From contig CDPCPM010000278.1 of assembly GCA_976551045.1 (NCBI GenBank), forward strand, positions 3,658,001-3,722,000: 64,000 bases of DNA, given 5' to 3'. This DNA comes from Glaucostegus cemiculus (lineage: Eukaryota). Shown in pieces: positions 25,864 through 38,830 of this stretch. A program made the position numbers and the translations under genes. Under the pieces are notes generated by a model. It was not told where the DNA came from. It worked only from the letters and a program-made list of their open reading frames with translations, and ran no database searches. Numbering within the stretch: the first letter of the stretch is position 1; every line of letters starts with the position of its first letter.

Positions 25864-26144
25864 CTTAAAACCTTAAGTTACACAGTGTTTTTCAAGAACA
25901 TAACCTCCATACTCAAACATGGTTCAAATGTATGCAGTGCCACTTCATTTTAAATGCCTTAAAGTGGGTTGCACTTAAAACACTACTCAGCTATATGTTG
26001 AACATTTGAAGATGGGAAGGGCTATGGATAATTCAGTGGCATTCTGCATTGTAAACATGGATCTGTAAAAGTTAGATCATGCTTGATCAATAGGATAACA
26101 TTTTTGAGAAAATGGATATAGACAAAAGCCGTAGCAGATACCTT

Positions 26145-26240
26145 CTAAAAACAGAAAATGCTGGAAACTTTCAGCAGGTCAGACAGCATTGATGGAAAGA
26201 TCACTGTTTCAGGTTTGAGACCCATCATCAGAGTGGAAAA
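26145..26240 (-). mobile_element. Penelope-like terminal fragment
   Basis: aaatgctggaaactttcagcaggtcagacagcat...gtttcagg...cccatcatcag is the reverse complement of the pLTR motif at 60371-60490. Confidence 0.65.
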
Positions 26241-28599
26241 ACAAATTAGTTTGCAGTAGCAGAGAAGATGGAAGAGGAATGGGTAGAATAAAGAATATTT
26301 CTATTAGGATGTGTCCAAGTGGGTTAACAGGTGCATTTACAAACACATATTTCTTTGTCTGTGTAGTGTGCTATTAACAGTGAGGCTGAGGGACATGCCC
26401 TCTTATATGAATAGAATAAGAAAAACGTAGCTAAAATGACGAGAAGCAGAAGTGGCTGTTCTGATACACGAAGAAAGAAAGAGTAGGTTACCCAAAGCTG
26501 GAGAACTTGATATTGAGTTCAGATACATATGTATTTGAGGTAATTAATAAGACTCTGTGTGATAGAAATTAGTCAAATAAAGGCATGTGATATTAAAGAT
26601 AATGCACCGCATGGATAGCAAGGGGAGGGGAAAAAAACAAAAGGTAAACAGATGTTTTTTCCAGATGATGGAGTCTGGATCGTGAGCTTTATCCATGTTT
26701 GAGGTCTTCAACCAATCATTTTTTCAGATGGTCAGTGCTGTACTGACATACTGAAGGTGATGGTGAATTTCAACATTGACCTCTGCATTCGCTGAGAGGT
26801 GTATCCCAAGTTGCAGGATGTAGTCAATGGTCTAACAAGCAAAAGTGATTTCTTCCCTTCTGTTTGCTTTAAAGCCTTGGACTGCTTAAATCAAACATCT
26901 CTAAGCACTGGAGAGGTATGACCAATATTATCTCTGTAAAATCTTCCACGTCCACTGGCAGGATAAGCAAATTCCAGGCCAGCATCTGTGGTATTAAGGC
27001 CTCATTTAATTCAGTCAAGACATCAGACTCCTGAAACAGGAATCTACTCCAATGTCTTTCTCTCAGCTGGTGATTATGGGATGAATAGAGGAAGAGATTT
27101 GAAGATGGTTATGAAGCTCCCTTGAAATGTGCAACACCTTCCACTGACTCCTTGGAATCCCTGGCTGATGATCACTCAAAGTGGAGAAGGTATATTTGGA
27201 TTTGGCATTGAGAACCTTGAGTCCTTGTGAAGGAAGCACAAAATATCCCAGAGTAGATGGCGAAAGCAGTGCATCATCTTCTAAATCATCCACTTGCCAA
27301 CAGTGGCTGAGTCTGTGGGTCCCATCTTGGCCTCATCAGCCACCTCCAGAATTCAGAGAACTGGTATGGAAAAAAGTCATCCTTGATGCCAAGAGACTGC
27401 GTAAAAATCAGGTGTGTGGCTTGTATTGTCCACAAGACCTTTACTGGACCCTCTTTCTTTCCCCCATCTATCAATGACTCTGACTCTATTGGGCTGTTAG
27501 GGAGATGGGACTAGCTCAGGTAGGCACCTTAGATGGCTTTGATGAGTTGGTCCAAAGGGCTTGTTTCCATGCTGTATGACTCCTTATCTCTGATCCCCTT
27601 TATGGTTAAAGTTCCTGCTGACACTCATAGATTGATTAAGAAGATGGGATACTCAAGAAATGTCAGAATGTATTATGAAACATTTAATGGAAAGGTGTAG
27701 TATGCATGATAATTTTCAGACTGTGTAATTTCCAGAATACACTGTAGGAAAGGGCAGTCATCCTGGTTGTTAGATTCAAATTAAAATGCACATTATTTGT
27801 CACATTGGATTTCTGTATGACTCTAAAGATTGTGAGTCTGACCTTATAGGGGAGCATGAAGTTGAGCAAAGAATTGACATTGAAATTTTGAACTTTGTTT
27901 TTTCATGATTGGCTGCAAAATGTGAAGGATATAATCACAATGTAATTAAGGATTCACATAATTAAATATGCTAATATAGCACAAGTCAATTGATGCAATT
28001 AGAAAATAAATGGACTTCTCTTGGTGATTCACAAACTGTAAAACCTATATGCATTTCATCGTTACCCTTCCAGAGATAATCTATTAATGAACAAACCTAA
28101 TTAGATCCAATTCACATTTGCAAATTAGTAGCCATAAAAATGGACTGTATAGTTTAACTTTCTACATCTCAATAACTCTTACAGATTTTCTACTACTTGA
28201 AGTGGGATGGATGATTATCTCCTAGTTCCTAAGAATGTATCTTACAAAGCTAGTCAACAAGTGAACACTTGATAAATTCACTAACCATGAAACTGGGATA
28301 AATGGTTAAATATTTTTTAAAGTTTAAAAGATCAGTTAAATTTGTTTTGCTATGTATTTATTTACATGTGGTCTGAATTTGCCAGGAAAATGGCATGTGA
28401 ATGATGCACGTTTTTGTTGATGTGCAAATGGATCAGCAACTCCTGGCATGAAAGAGATACCCTCTGCCATCTCCTTTGGACATGCTCACCCTTAACCTCT
28501 GAAGACATTCATGAAAGAGCTGCATTAGCACATAATTGCCCATTGATCAAGCAATTAATAATCTTTAACAGTGTTGTAAAAGTTTACGTATTTATTCAT

Positions 28600-29455
28600 T
28601 TTTCAGAATCTGGGCTTTACTGGCAAGACCAATGTTTATTGTCCATCTCTAGTTACTCCTGAGAGGATCAGGGTGAGCCAGCAACCGTAGTTCTCTGGTG
28701 AAGGATCTGTCGGGGAAGAAATTTAGACCCAATGACATTTTGGAGTCAGTATATTTCTAAGTCAGGATGACATATAACCTGAAGGGGAACCTGTAAGTGG
28801 TGGTTTTCCCATAGTCCTGCTGCATTTGTCCCTTTTGGTCGGACAGGCTATAGGTTTGGAAGGTAGTATTGAAATAGCCTAGGTGAGCAATTTTGTAGAT
28901 GATGCACACTGCAGTCACACTGCCCCACTGGTGAGGAGAATTAATGTTTAGGATGGTACATGGAATTCCAATCAGCAGGCTAATTTCTTCTGAATAGTGT
29001 CAAACTTCTTGAGAGTTGTTAGAACTATACTTGTCTAGGCAAGTGGAGCATACTCCATCACACACCTGAGTTGTCCCTTGTAGATGATGGAAATACTTTG
29101 AAATGAGTCACTCACCACAGGACACCCAGCATCTGTCCTGCTGACTTGGCCACAGTATTTATACCTGATCCAGTAGAGCTTCATGTGAATGGTGACCCTA
29201 AAAATGTTGGTTCTAGGGAGCTAAGTGATAGTAATGCAATTAACTATTAACAGTAGGTGGTTGGGTTATTTTTCTTGTTGTAGTGGTCATTTCCTGGCAC
29301 TTTTATGGTCTGAATCTTACTTGCCGCATCAGTCCACACTTTAAGGTTCTCACTGCATGTGGGCATAGACTGAATCATTTGTTGAGGAGTTGTGAAAGGA
29401 ATTGAACAAAGCACAGTCATCAGCACACTCTTCTGACCTTATGATCGAAGGAACC
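28600..29455 (-). mobile_element. Old CR1/L2-like LINE 3' fragment
   Basis: Long homology with 51530-52300 (tctggtgaagg, tagcctaggtgag, gagtcactcaccacagga, gcagtcatcag = ADDC). Confidence 0.7.
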
Positions 29456-31329
29456 TGAATGACTGGCAATCAAATTTTATAGCCTTGGAAGTGAACACTT
29501 AAGAGTTGTGTGTCAATATTTCAGAAGTGTTGCTGGAGATTTTAAAAGTGTCAAGTTTTAAACTTTTAAATTTCTTCTTACATTTCCTTTCTCCCACTCC
29601 TTTGCTTTCTCAATACAATTATTCTTTCCCCTTCTAGTTATGAGGAGATATGATACGTATCGAAGCTGACAGTCATCCCCCACCTCAGTCCTTCCAGTAT
29701 TAATTTCTTGATCTTTAACTTTCACTGGAGTTACATTGTTTGTCTCATTGTTCACCAAGGTCCTGCTTGATCCATACCCAGTATTATCATCAGTTAACAT
29801 TTCTGGAAATTTATAGTATATGCCAAAACATTTTTGAGCTAAAGAGTGCAAATAAATATCTAACACATTGCTCCAGCAAATACTCTTCCAGTATCATCAC
29901 AGTGTCAAATTGACTCAAGTCGACATCAAAAACTGTAGCTTAAAGATTTATTCCAGAGTCTTTAGAGAGTTATCTTCTTAATACTGCATTCTTAGTCATC
30001 ACATCCAGTCATTAATCCAAGACCTGACTGCCTATTCCATTGTTTCAGGTGGATGTTGAAAGTCACTACTGAAAGTGTTCTCCCATTGTTAAACAACCCT
30101 TCTTCAATTGGCAGTATGAAAACAATTGGAGTTTGTCTTAATGTAAAATTGCAAAAGCACAAGGCAACTGAAATGAGTTTTCACAATATTTCATAGAGCA
30201 TGAAGTATTTGAAAGCTTTACCCAAAATGAGATTCTTTCAGACCTTATTATTAATATTAATTTGGTATGATATTTTTTAAATTATTCCAATTTTCTACAT
30301 CATGTCCTAAAGATTATATTAAGCAGTTATCAAAATAGTTATCTGCTTCAATTTGAACAAAATAATCATTTATATCAGTGGAAGGATTCATCTACCAGGC
30401 AATATTGTTTCATGTGGCATGATTCAATTTGAACAATCATTCTTTTGGGTCAAGTACCAAATATGCATGGACCCCTATTTGAGATTCCAAACTGTATGAG
30501 TAAGAATTCATACAAGTAAAAAGTTTTTCATTTGGCTCTATCACTTACTTAAACCTACATAATCCGTCAACAGGACAAGAGCTGGGGTTTCCCAAATGGA
30601 TTGGAGCTTAACCAGCTAAAATCACATTGCTTATCACAGCTTTGTTCCTCTGCCTGCTCACTTGGGATATCTTTACCTATTGAATGCTGGTTTTGATCCT
30701 TCATATATCATTAATGAGTTAAACTGACTGGTAGATCCTCAAGTATGTCTTGGAATACTATAAACCCATCTGGTTCAGGTATTGTATTACAATGCTCAAA
30801 TCCAGAAGAAGGACAAGGCTTGTTCCAACAATCTGTTGTGACCCCAATGATCCTCCATAAGTTGTTCCTATTCTATCAACCTCAACCCCCATTCACCATG
30901 TATTAATCACTGATAAATTTATCGTGGATTGCAAATTTGGTTATTCACTGGGTAGAAGACAGGCATCTGGAAAATAAGCTCAGTGGTGTGGTGGTTGCAC
31001 AAGTCACCAGAAAATGAGTGAGAGAATTGATAGCATTCCCCTGACACAGATATACCTCACCAAATGATGGAATTATGATTTGAGTTTCCAGACTTGAGTA
31101 GTAACTAATTTGATTTTCCAATTCAAAATAATCATTTATGTCAATGTATGTATTCATCTACCAAGCAATATTGTTTCATGTTATATGCATGAATTCTTAA
31201 GCAAAGTCAAAACCAACTGGACCAAAGACCCACCCTGATGAGAAGCAAGAATGGAGTGCAGCTAACCAAAGAAAGAGGCAGTCAGTTTCCCTGCAATGAG
31301 CACTTCAAAGATCTTAAATGAGGCTCTGT

Positions 31330-32990
31330 CCTTGACATAGCTGCCACAAGCTGGTTGCTACCTCAACCTGCCATGAGGTTGAATACCAAGGCCTCAAATT
31401 AACAAGGCCTCAGGAGCAGGCAAAATCCCTGCCAAAGTACTAGAGTGCAGTGGAAATATATTCTTGATATAAATTTATGACACAATCTGATAAGAGGTGT
31501 AGAGCATGCCATGGGACCTCAGAGAAGCTGTATTTCTAACCATCTTCAAGAAAGGTGATACCCAATTATGATAGTTAGAGAGGTGCCTCCCTATTCTGTG
31601 CAACAAAAAAGTCAGCAGAAGGATCCTCTTCAGTGGCCTTCTCCTAATGGCCAAGGAGCTTCTCCCAGACTCTCAATGTGGATTCACACTTCCAGAAGCA
31701 CAACAAATATAATCTTTATCACACAATGGACCGAAGAAAATTATAGAGGACAGCACCAATAGTTAAACCTTTTTCAGCCTTGCAAAAACATACAGCTTTG
31801 TCAACTGTGAGGAATTAAAGAGAATCCTGCTCAAATTTGGCTGTCTTCATTCATTTATTACTATTATCTGTCTGCTATATGGTAACATAGAAGTCTTGAT
31901 TTTAACCAACAGCTACATCACACACCAGTCCCAGTCCATACTAGGGTCAAGTAAGGCTTTGTAGTTGCTCAGGATAAGTGAGGAAGTAGTTGAATATTTG
32001 TCATCGTTTTTCTGAACCAAGATCTTCTCAGCCTCAGTCATTAAATTACAATATGGAGATGGCACTTGCATATTTGGATGTTCGGAGAATGCATTCCAAG
32101 ATGTTGTTGTTTCCTTTACTATAACAATACAGAGATAGGTTTTACACAAAACAAACAGCAAAGATTATCTTTCAATCTACCCCTACTGTGTAAAGCAACT
32201 CCCTAACAATTAAGATCCATGACAAGACCCTGGAAAATATGGATCACTTTCTATATCTTAGGAACCATCTTTTAGCAAAGTGAGATGTTGATGGCAACCA
32301 CTTTTTCCAGCGTGCCATCACACAGTCTGCTGATTGAGGAAATGAGGTCTGAAGACCAGTATCTCAAGTTCAAGTTATACTGAATAGCTATGATTCCCAG
32401 CCATTTATATGCTTTGGAGTCATGGACATCCTATAACAGATTAAAAAAAGTCCAGAGAATGGTGTCTCCACAAAACACTCCAAATTCACTGGCAGAATAG
32501 CAAACCATACCAACCTCCTCTCCCATTCTCATTCTCAAGTCTCAGATCATCCTCAACCGACTTCAGTATAGGGGTTGGGGTGGTGCATCATTCACATGGC
32601 TGACATTATACTCCTGAAACAAGCAGCCTTCTCCAAATTTATGAGATGGCAAGAGATTTCCAGTAGAACAAATATATTAATAAATTTTGTCTCTGAAAAT
32701 AATGTGCTATCTCCACCAAATTGGGAATCGCTGGCCTTTTCCTGTTCAAAATGGAGAATCAGCATCTGAGAAGGCACTCAGCACCTTGTGCCTCTACATC
32801 TGGAGCATGTAGAAGCCATTTGCAAACAACTGAAGGAACACATAGCCTCCAAAATACTTGTCCATCTGTCCCACCTGTGCAGACTCTGCAGATCCCACAA
32901 AAAACTCTTCAGCATTCCCGGAATCCAGAGAACTGGAGTGGATACAAATTATTCTCCACTCTGAGGAACTGCACTGGAAGAAGTAAGGAC
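31330..32990 (+). mobile_element. RTE-clade LINE fragment, degraded
   Basis: Similar to the 18897 copy (accatcttcaagaaagg, ggccaaggagcttctcccagactctcaatgtggatt, tatgctttggagtcatggac) with the RTE 3' region. Confidence 0.7.
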
Positions 32991-33954
32991 TAGGTAATAT
33001 TAGCTGAAAAATGCAAGTCCTCATGTTGGCTATTGGACAGAAAGCAGTCTTTAAGATCAGATGGAAGGACCCATCTGGCACGTGTGTAATGATACACCAA
33101 TGACCTTGATATTCTAGTGATCCACATCCTAAACTGCAAACCAGGTTTGCTTATCACCAGCTACTTCTCGCAGTCCTTGTGAGGAGGTATTTAACAAAAT
33201 ATAGTGCCTGCTAGATGGTTGACAACATTTCCCCCCTTCCCTCTCTCTCTTCAGTCCCTTCTCTACCAAGGTGCTCAACCAGGCTACTGTTCTCCCTCCT
33301 TCCTCCGTGCATCTATTTAAATAGTGAATACTGATGACATCAGGGGAATCTGACTTGAAACAGTAATTGAACCTGACACTGCAAGAGAGCTGGATTAACA
33401 TGCGTGGTTGAAATTGAAGCAGCCTGGATTAATGACTACTGATGTTATTTCAGCAGACTACACTGTTGCATTCAGCAGTAGCTCCAACAAAGCAGTTTCC
33501 CTGATAGTTCCATCACCGTTTAAATAATTGTCTTTGAATCAGTAAACAACCACAGGAATGTTGATATGAAGCTAGCAATTACAATTGGCATTACAAGCAA
33601 ATTCTTTACACTTTGCAGAATGTTCTTTTATCTGATATATTAAATGTTTAGTTAATATCACTGTGAATAGCAACAGAGAAATATCATTTGTCTATATTAG
33701 AAATGTATTTATTGATATCATACCAGTAATTCTAATTCAATGAATCTTTAAAACTTCTTTTAAATTGCAGCCTCAATATTGAGACATTTATATAATGTAT
33801 GTTTGCTATCAGCCAAATACGTATGTTATTTCTACCAGCAGCATCATAATGACAAGGTAGAGGAGATAAATTTCATGCCTCCAGTGATGTTTAGGGCCAA
33901 ACCTTCCCAGATTCCAAAATCAACCATTGGTGCCAGAAACAAAAAAATCTGTCA

Positions 33955-34240
33955 TGTCATTGGCTTGATGATGACTGTTCCTCCCTATTTTTGTAATCTC
34001 CTACAACCCCTGAAATTCCTACATTCTTTTGACAGCCATGTCTACAGGTAATTAAGCCTTCCATAAATCCTGGAATCTCTCCACTCTCTCTTTAACACAC
34101 TCATTAAAAAATTACTTATGCTCAACCATCCTAGTGTCTCTATGGCTGGGTGTCAGTTTATAGTTGGCCATGCTCCTCCAAAGTGCAGCAGGAGGTGGTG
34201 AAGAGGAAGGTGCAGGAAATTTTATTACATTTAAACATTA
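33955..34240 (+). mobile_element. L2-like LINE 3' end, degraded
   Basis: cctccctatttttgtaatctcctacaaccc...ctggaatctct...aacacactcattaaaa resembles the L2 C-terminus and 3' UTR; family assigned from memory. Confidence 0.45.
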
Positions 34241-35789
34241 TATGGATGCAATTTTTTTTATCGGTTTGAATGTCCATCTCCAGATTGAGCATGATCATAT
34301 CAAATGCCATTTGGTCCTACTCTCTTCTGCCAAAATTATTCAAAGATACTGTTAGCAAGGTAATAATTTTCTTCACTGCCATCATCTCCTTAACACTTTC
34401 TCTCCTGCAGTCTCTACCTTCACATTCAAGGAAATGTGAGAAGCTTCCCCACTTGCTCCAAAAGAGGATAGCAGATTATTTTCTGGATTAGAACGTTTGG
34501 ATATGGTTGCTATGAGTACCTAATGCAGATCTTCATCTCTTGATTTTTCATTGTTAAAACTGAGTGTGCCTGCTGCACATAAGTGGAATATAATCTTGAA
34601 GGTCCATTGAGCTAGACTTTTAACTTTCACACTTTATGAGGCAGAAAGTGGTTTCACTTCCTACTGTCCTGGCCAACTGCATATATCAAGATATTTTTCT
34701 GTACATTCTTTTGAAAATCTATCAATTTTTTTTTCTATTTAAATCTCCATTTAATTTCTTTCAATTCTTTCAAGTGAACTAATAACTGAAAAGACTATGC
34801 AATCTATTGTTATTAAAAATAGTATCAGGTAAAAGCACTGAGGCACAGATTCAGATAAGATTCTAGTGAAATGGGGTTAGTGGGGCCTTCTCTTAAAAAA
34901 GATCAAAATATTTTAGCAGTGAGCATTGCGACTAGGACTAACATAGGTAGCCTTACTTGAGGTTCACCTCTGAAACTGTAACCCCAGCCTGCACTTGAAA
35001 ATCAATCCCTGAGGTTCCTTATGATACTCAGTCAAGGTACCATTGAAGGGATACTGTAGCCTGCATTTAAATAAAGATGACACACTGGTAGAGCAAAGCA
35101 ATGTGTCAAGTTTCGGCCCTACCTTTCTAATTGGCTTCTTGTTTCATTGGAAAAAAGGCAGTATGAACCTACTTTACCTGAAAGAAAAACCGGCTCCTGA
35201 TCACGTCGTAGAAACATGGCAAGTACTTCACATACCAAGAATTACTTTTGAAGTTTAATAACAATTACATAAAGACATAATTGTTAGCATGGTATCTAAT
35301 CTGCACACAGAAATTAGCATGAATTTTGCCTTTCTCTTTGTGGAAGGGTGTTGGTCAGGACGTCAAAAGAAATCCCTGCTCTTTCCATTGGTATGAGAAT
35401 AACCAAGGATATGGAGTCAGGCAACTAATACATGTGGCACAACTCTGTGGGTTGCATATAATTATGCAACAATGTTCTCTTTAAGGTTCTAGGATCCTGC
35501 CATATGAAAATGGCTGCTCTATTGCTGGGTTTGACTGTCAGACAAATGCTTTTGCAGTCTTCTAGGTCCAGGATCCAGAGCTGAAACGGAGTTCACATTT
35601 AAATAGCTGCATCAAAGATTTTGCAGGCTGCATCAAGTCCAATTTTTACAGGCTGTTTCTTGGATACTCCCTGCAATGGTGCTGTGAAATTGTTTCTGCC
35701 TTCATGAACTGCAGGTGGATAGGGTTTCATTTTAATATCTTTTTTAAAGAACTTGAGTTGGGTCAAAGAACTCTGAGGGGGACCTAGTA

Positions 35790-36150
35790 CTGATATCCAA
35801 AATTATGAGGCCCATAGATAGGATAAATAGTAGGAAACAGTTTCTCACAGGAGACGGTATCAAAAGTAAAAGGTATAGGCTTAAGTAGGAGGAAGAGGTT
35901 TAGGGATGATCTGAGGAAGAACCTTTTCACTCAGAGGTTGGTTAGAATCTGAAAAGCACTACCTGAGTGAGTGGTGGAGGCAGGTATTATCACAACATTT
36001 TTGAGGGATCTAGATGAGCACTTGAATCACCAAGGTACAGAAGACTCTGGACCAAATGCCAGTCAATGTGATTAGTATAAGTGGGTACTTGCTGGTTGGC
36101 ATGGATGTGTTGTGTCAAAGGGCCTGTGTTTGTGCTATGTGACTATGACT
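35790..36150 (+). mobile_element. CR1/HER1 LINE 3' end
   Basis: tttttcactcagagg.tgg..agaatctg...gaagggcctgt-like terminus followed by a tgactatgact tail. Confidence 0.75.
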
Positions 36151-37158
36151 TTAACAATCTTCTATTCAAGCCAGAATATAATGGCAAGGTTTTTGCCTCC
36201 TATTCCATTTGTCTCTCTCTATTTCTATGAAAATTATGCTCTTCTTGTGCATTATTGCATAGAAGCTAGCCATCTACTGTCTCTATTCTAATTGACATTT
36301 TTTTACTTGAACCCAGGCAGCTAAAATATAGTGAGCATTAAATATAAGCATAATTCTGCTTTCATCCAACATCCGCAAATGTACAGTTTTTAGAATGAGC
36401 TACTGGATAATAACAAGGAGCTGAATTGTTTTTTTCTCCTCAGCCCTGCAGACCAAGGTCAATCGTAACACCAATGTCACTGATGAAAGATTAGCCGGCT
36501 TAGCAAAGGCCTCAAATTAAAGCTTGGATCTTCTTTATAAGACTGTGTGCTACACCAGGAAGTGCTTATTTATGCTGGGTTTAGGGACCAAACTTTTGTT
36601 AAGCCTTTTTATATCTTTACCTTGGTTAGTATGCGTTTTAGCTCATTTCTTTCTAATTTACTTTGATCTGAACAGACTTAAGTAAGTGTTGAAATTGTTG
36701 ACCTTTAAATGACCTTAAATGTGATTTTCATTATGTTATGTATTGTCATTTTAATAGTCATTAATACAAGCTCACAGTATGAAAATAACTTCTCATAGAG
36801 CCAAAGGGGAAAATCACTGGCTTTAATGATATTACAAATGTAGTTATGTAGGCCAGTTTTCTCTATTGCTTTTCATGGCAACTAGACTTTTTTCAGCATA
36901 TTAAATGCACCAATTGTACAAAGTGCTGGCACAACATACGCAAGGAACAGAGAAAATCAATAGCAGCATAGGCTCCAAGAACAGAATAATATTGATTTGT
37001 ATGCCATCAATATTTTGGATCATTCCATCAACCTTTATATACCTGCTGTATCTTTGGAGATTGGACATCAGAAAATAATCTGGAAAGGGTAGGGGTGTGA
37101 ACCACCTAGAGAATTTGGAGGGACAAAACACTTGTCTAGAACAATTTCAGAAGTAACT

Positions 37159-37300
37159 CAAGGATTGTGTAACACTCTTAAAAGATACTGTTTTTAGGAG
37201 GATTGTGTACAAGGATTGTGTAACACTCTTAAAAGATATTGTTTTTAGGAGGATTGTGTACAAGGATTGTGTAACACTCTTAAAAGATATTGTTTTTAGG
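37159..37300. repeat. Tandem repeat, 51-bp unit x2.8
   Basis: caaggattgtgtaacactcttaaaagata(c/t)tgtttttagg starts at 37159, 37210 and 37261. Confidence 0.95.
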
Positions 37301-37583
37301 AACATTTACAAAAAGAGTAACTATTTCCCACGCCAGCTATTGTTCACTTTTAGTTGGTCCAATGGGAGGCAAGCTGTGACTTTATTTCCATTCTGGCTAT
37401 CTCCATGTGGAAAGCTGGCTTGAAACTTTCTAGAGTCCATAACCACAAACAAGGAAGGAAGTCTGGATCCGAGAGCTAATTGTACGGATTTTAATAAAGG
37501 GTGGCAAAATTCCACTTGCCAGCTTCCAGCCAAGTTCATTTGAACTGGAAAAACACAGCTACTCTCTAACTTGAAAGTAGTAC

Positions 37584-37602
37584 TCAACTTTTCTCTTGCA
37601 CT
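37584..37602 (-). CDS. T-box gene candidate terminal coding exon (R-VQEKS-stop)
   Basis: Nearest acceptor (ttctaac branch-like motif, pyrimidine-rich tract, TTAG at 37603) read in phase 2 gives TGA at 37586-37584. An AATAAA lies on the minus strand at 37386-37381. No homology support. Confidence 0.35.
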
Positions 37603-38126
37603 CTAATAGTCCGAAGTATCAGCATGAAGAAGATGTTAGAATTGAAAGTTATGATCAAAGCATGTAAGAAAGGTTGTAAACGTATTTAAACACACAGATG
37701 TATGATAATACATTAAAATGAGCGTCACTGTAGACCATAAAGATTTGCAGCCTTTTTCATTTTCTATTTCTCAACTCTGCTTGACACATTTTAACTTATT
37801 GGTGCTTCTCCTTAACCCCTGTCCAGTACCTTGCCTATTTCAAGTAAGAATTTTTCCCCTATAGGAATAATTTCTTCTCAAGTATGCATTCACCTTGATG
37901 ACATAGCAACAATTTAAAATAAAAATGCTGATTTGTTTTTTATATTGTCCTATTATTTCGCTATTCTGCTTTATCCATCTCCACTAATAGACCTTTATAT
38001 GATTGTTACTCCTTTCACAGTGGATTGAAATAATTACAGTAGATTTTTCATATCAGTACAGTAAAATCTTTCTTATTATACCATTTGCAAACAGTATCAG
38101 AAAAGCAGTAATTTATAAAGACCAAC

Positions 38127-38212
38127 CTTTGTGGCATGTCCTTATGTCTTCTACTGCTATGTGGTAGAGCACCTTTGGCATAAGGGTTGTACTCTATCTT
38201 CATCATCTTCAT
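38127..38212 (-). CDS. T-box gene exon 6: C-terminal helices of the T-box (MKMMKIEYNPYAKGALPHSSRRHKDMPQ-R)
   Basis: KI..NP.AKG motif equivalent to ITQLKIDNNPFAKGFR; acceptor tcccatag, donor AAAG|GTTGGT; 86 nt, phase 0 to 2. Confidence 0.88.
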
Positions 38213-38589
38213 CTATGGGATAAGATGAAGACTACATACAGTTAAAATCTTTTCCTTTGCAGTATGAACCCATAGAAAACATGATTTTCAATAATTCCGT
38301 AGGGTAAATGTCAAGAAGCAGACACTCCTGACTCCATTACTGATTTGAAGAGATGGGGAGAGATTCTGTGATTTAGATATCATCAGATATCCCATGTTGA
38401 GAAGTTTGATCATTATTTTTATTGATGTGAATGAATTAGGGAATAGGTTAGTCATGTGTTGTGTTTTGAAACGATGAAATTGCACAAAAAACTTCATAGA
38501 GCATATGTTAAATTTAGACAGGCTAGTTTGTGGAGTGCTGTTTCTCACAATCTATTTCAAGCTGATACATTATTGGCTTAGCTGAGCTA

Positions 38590-38830
38590 AAATGGCATTA
38601 TTCAAGGAAAAGTAATGGAGTTCTAATTGTATCCTGACTAATATTTATCCATCAACCAATATTAGTAAAACAAATTATATTGGACGTTGGCTTATTGCTG
38701 TTTGTGGAATTCTGCTGTAAGCAATTGACTCCTGCATTTCAACAATGACTATACTTAAAAAGAACTTTATGGCTGTAAAGTGCTTTGGAACACTATTAAT
38801 GCTATACAAGTGCAAGCTCTTTCTTTATTC
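38590..38830 (+). mobile_element. SacSINE1/Deu-SINE-like 3' half in T-box intron 5
   Basis: aatatttatccatcaaccaa...ttgctgtttgtgg...ggctgtaaagtgctttgg...gctatacaagtgcaagctctttcttt. Confidence 0.7.

Noticed and set aside
35480-35710. Possible further T-box exon after acceptor ccacctgcag
   Set aside because: The phase-2 reading stops immediately (TCA TGA) and the other frames close early.
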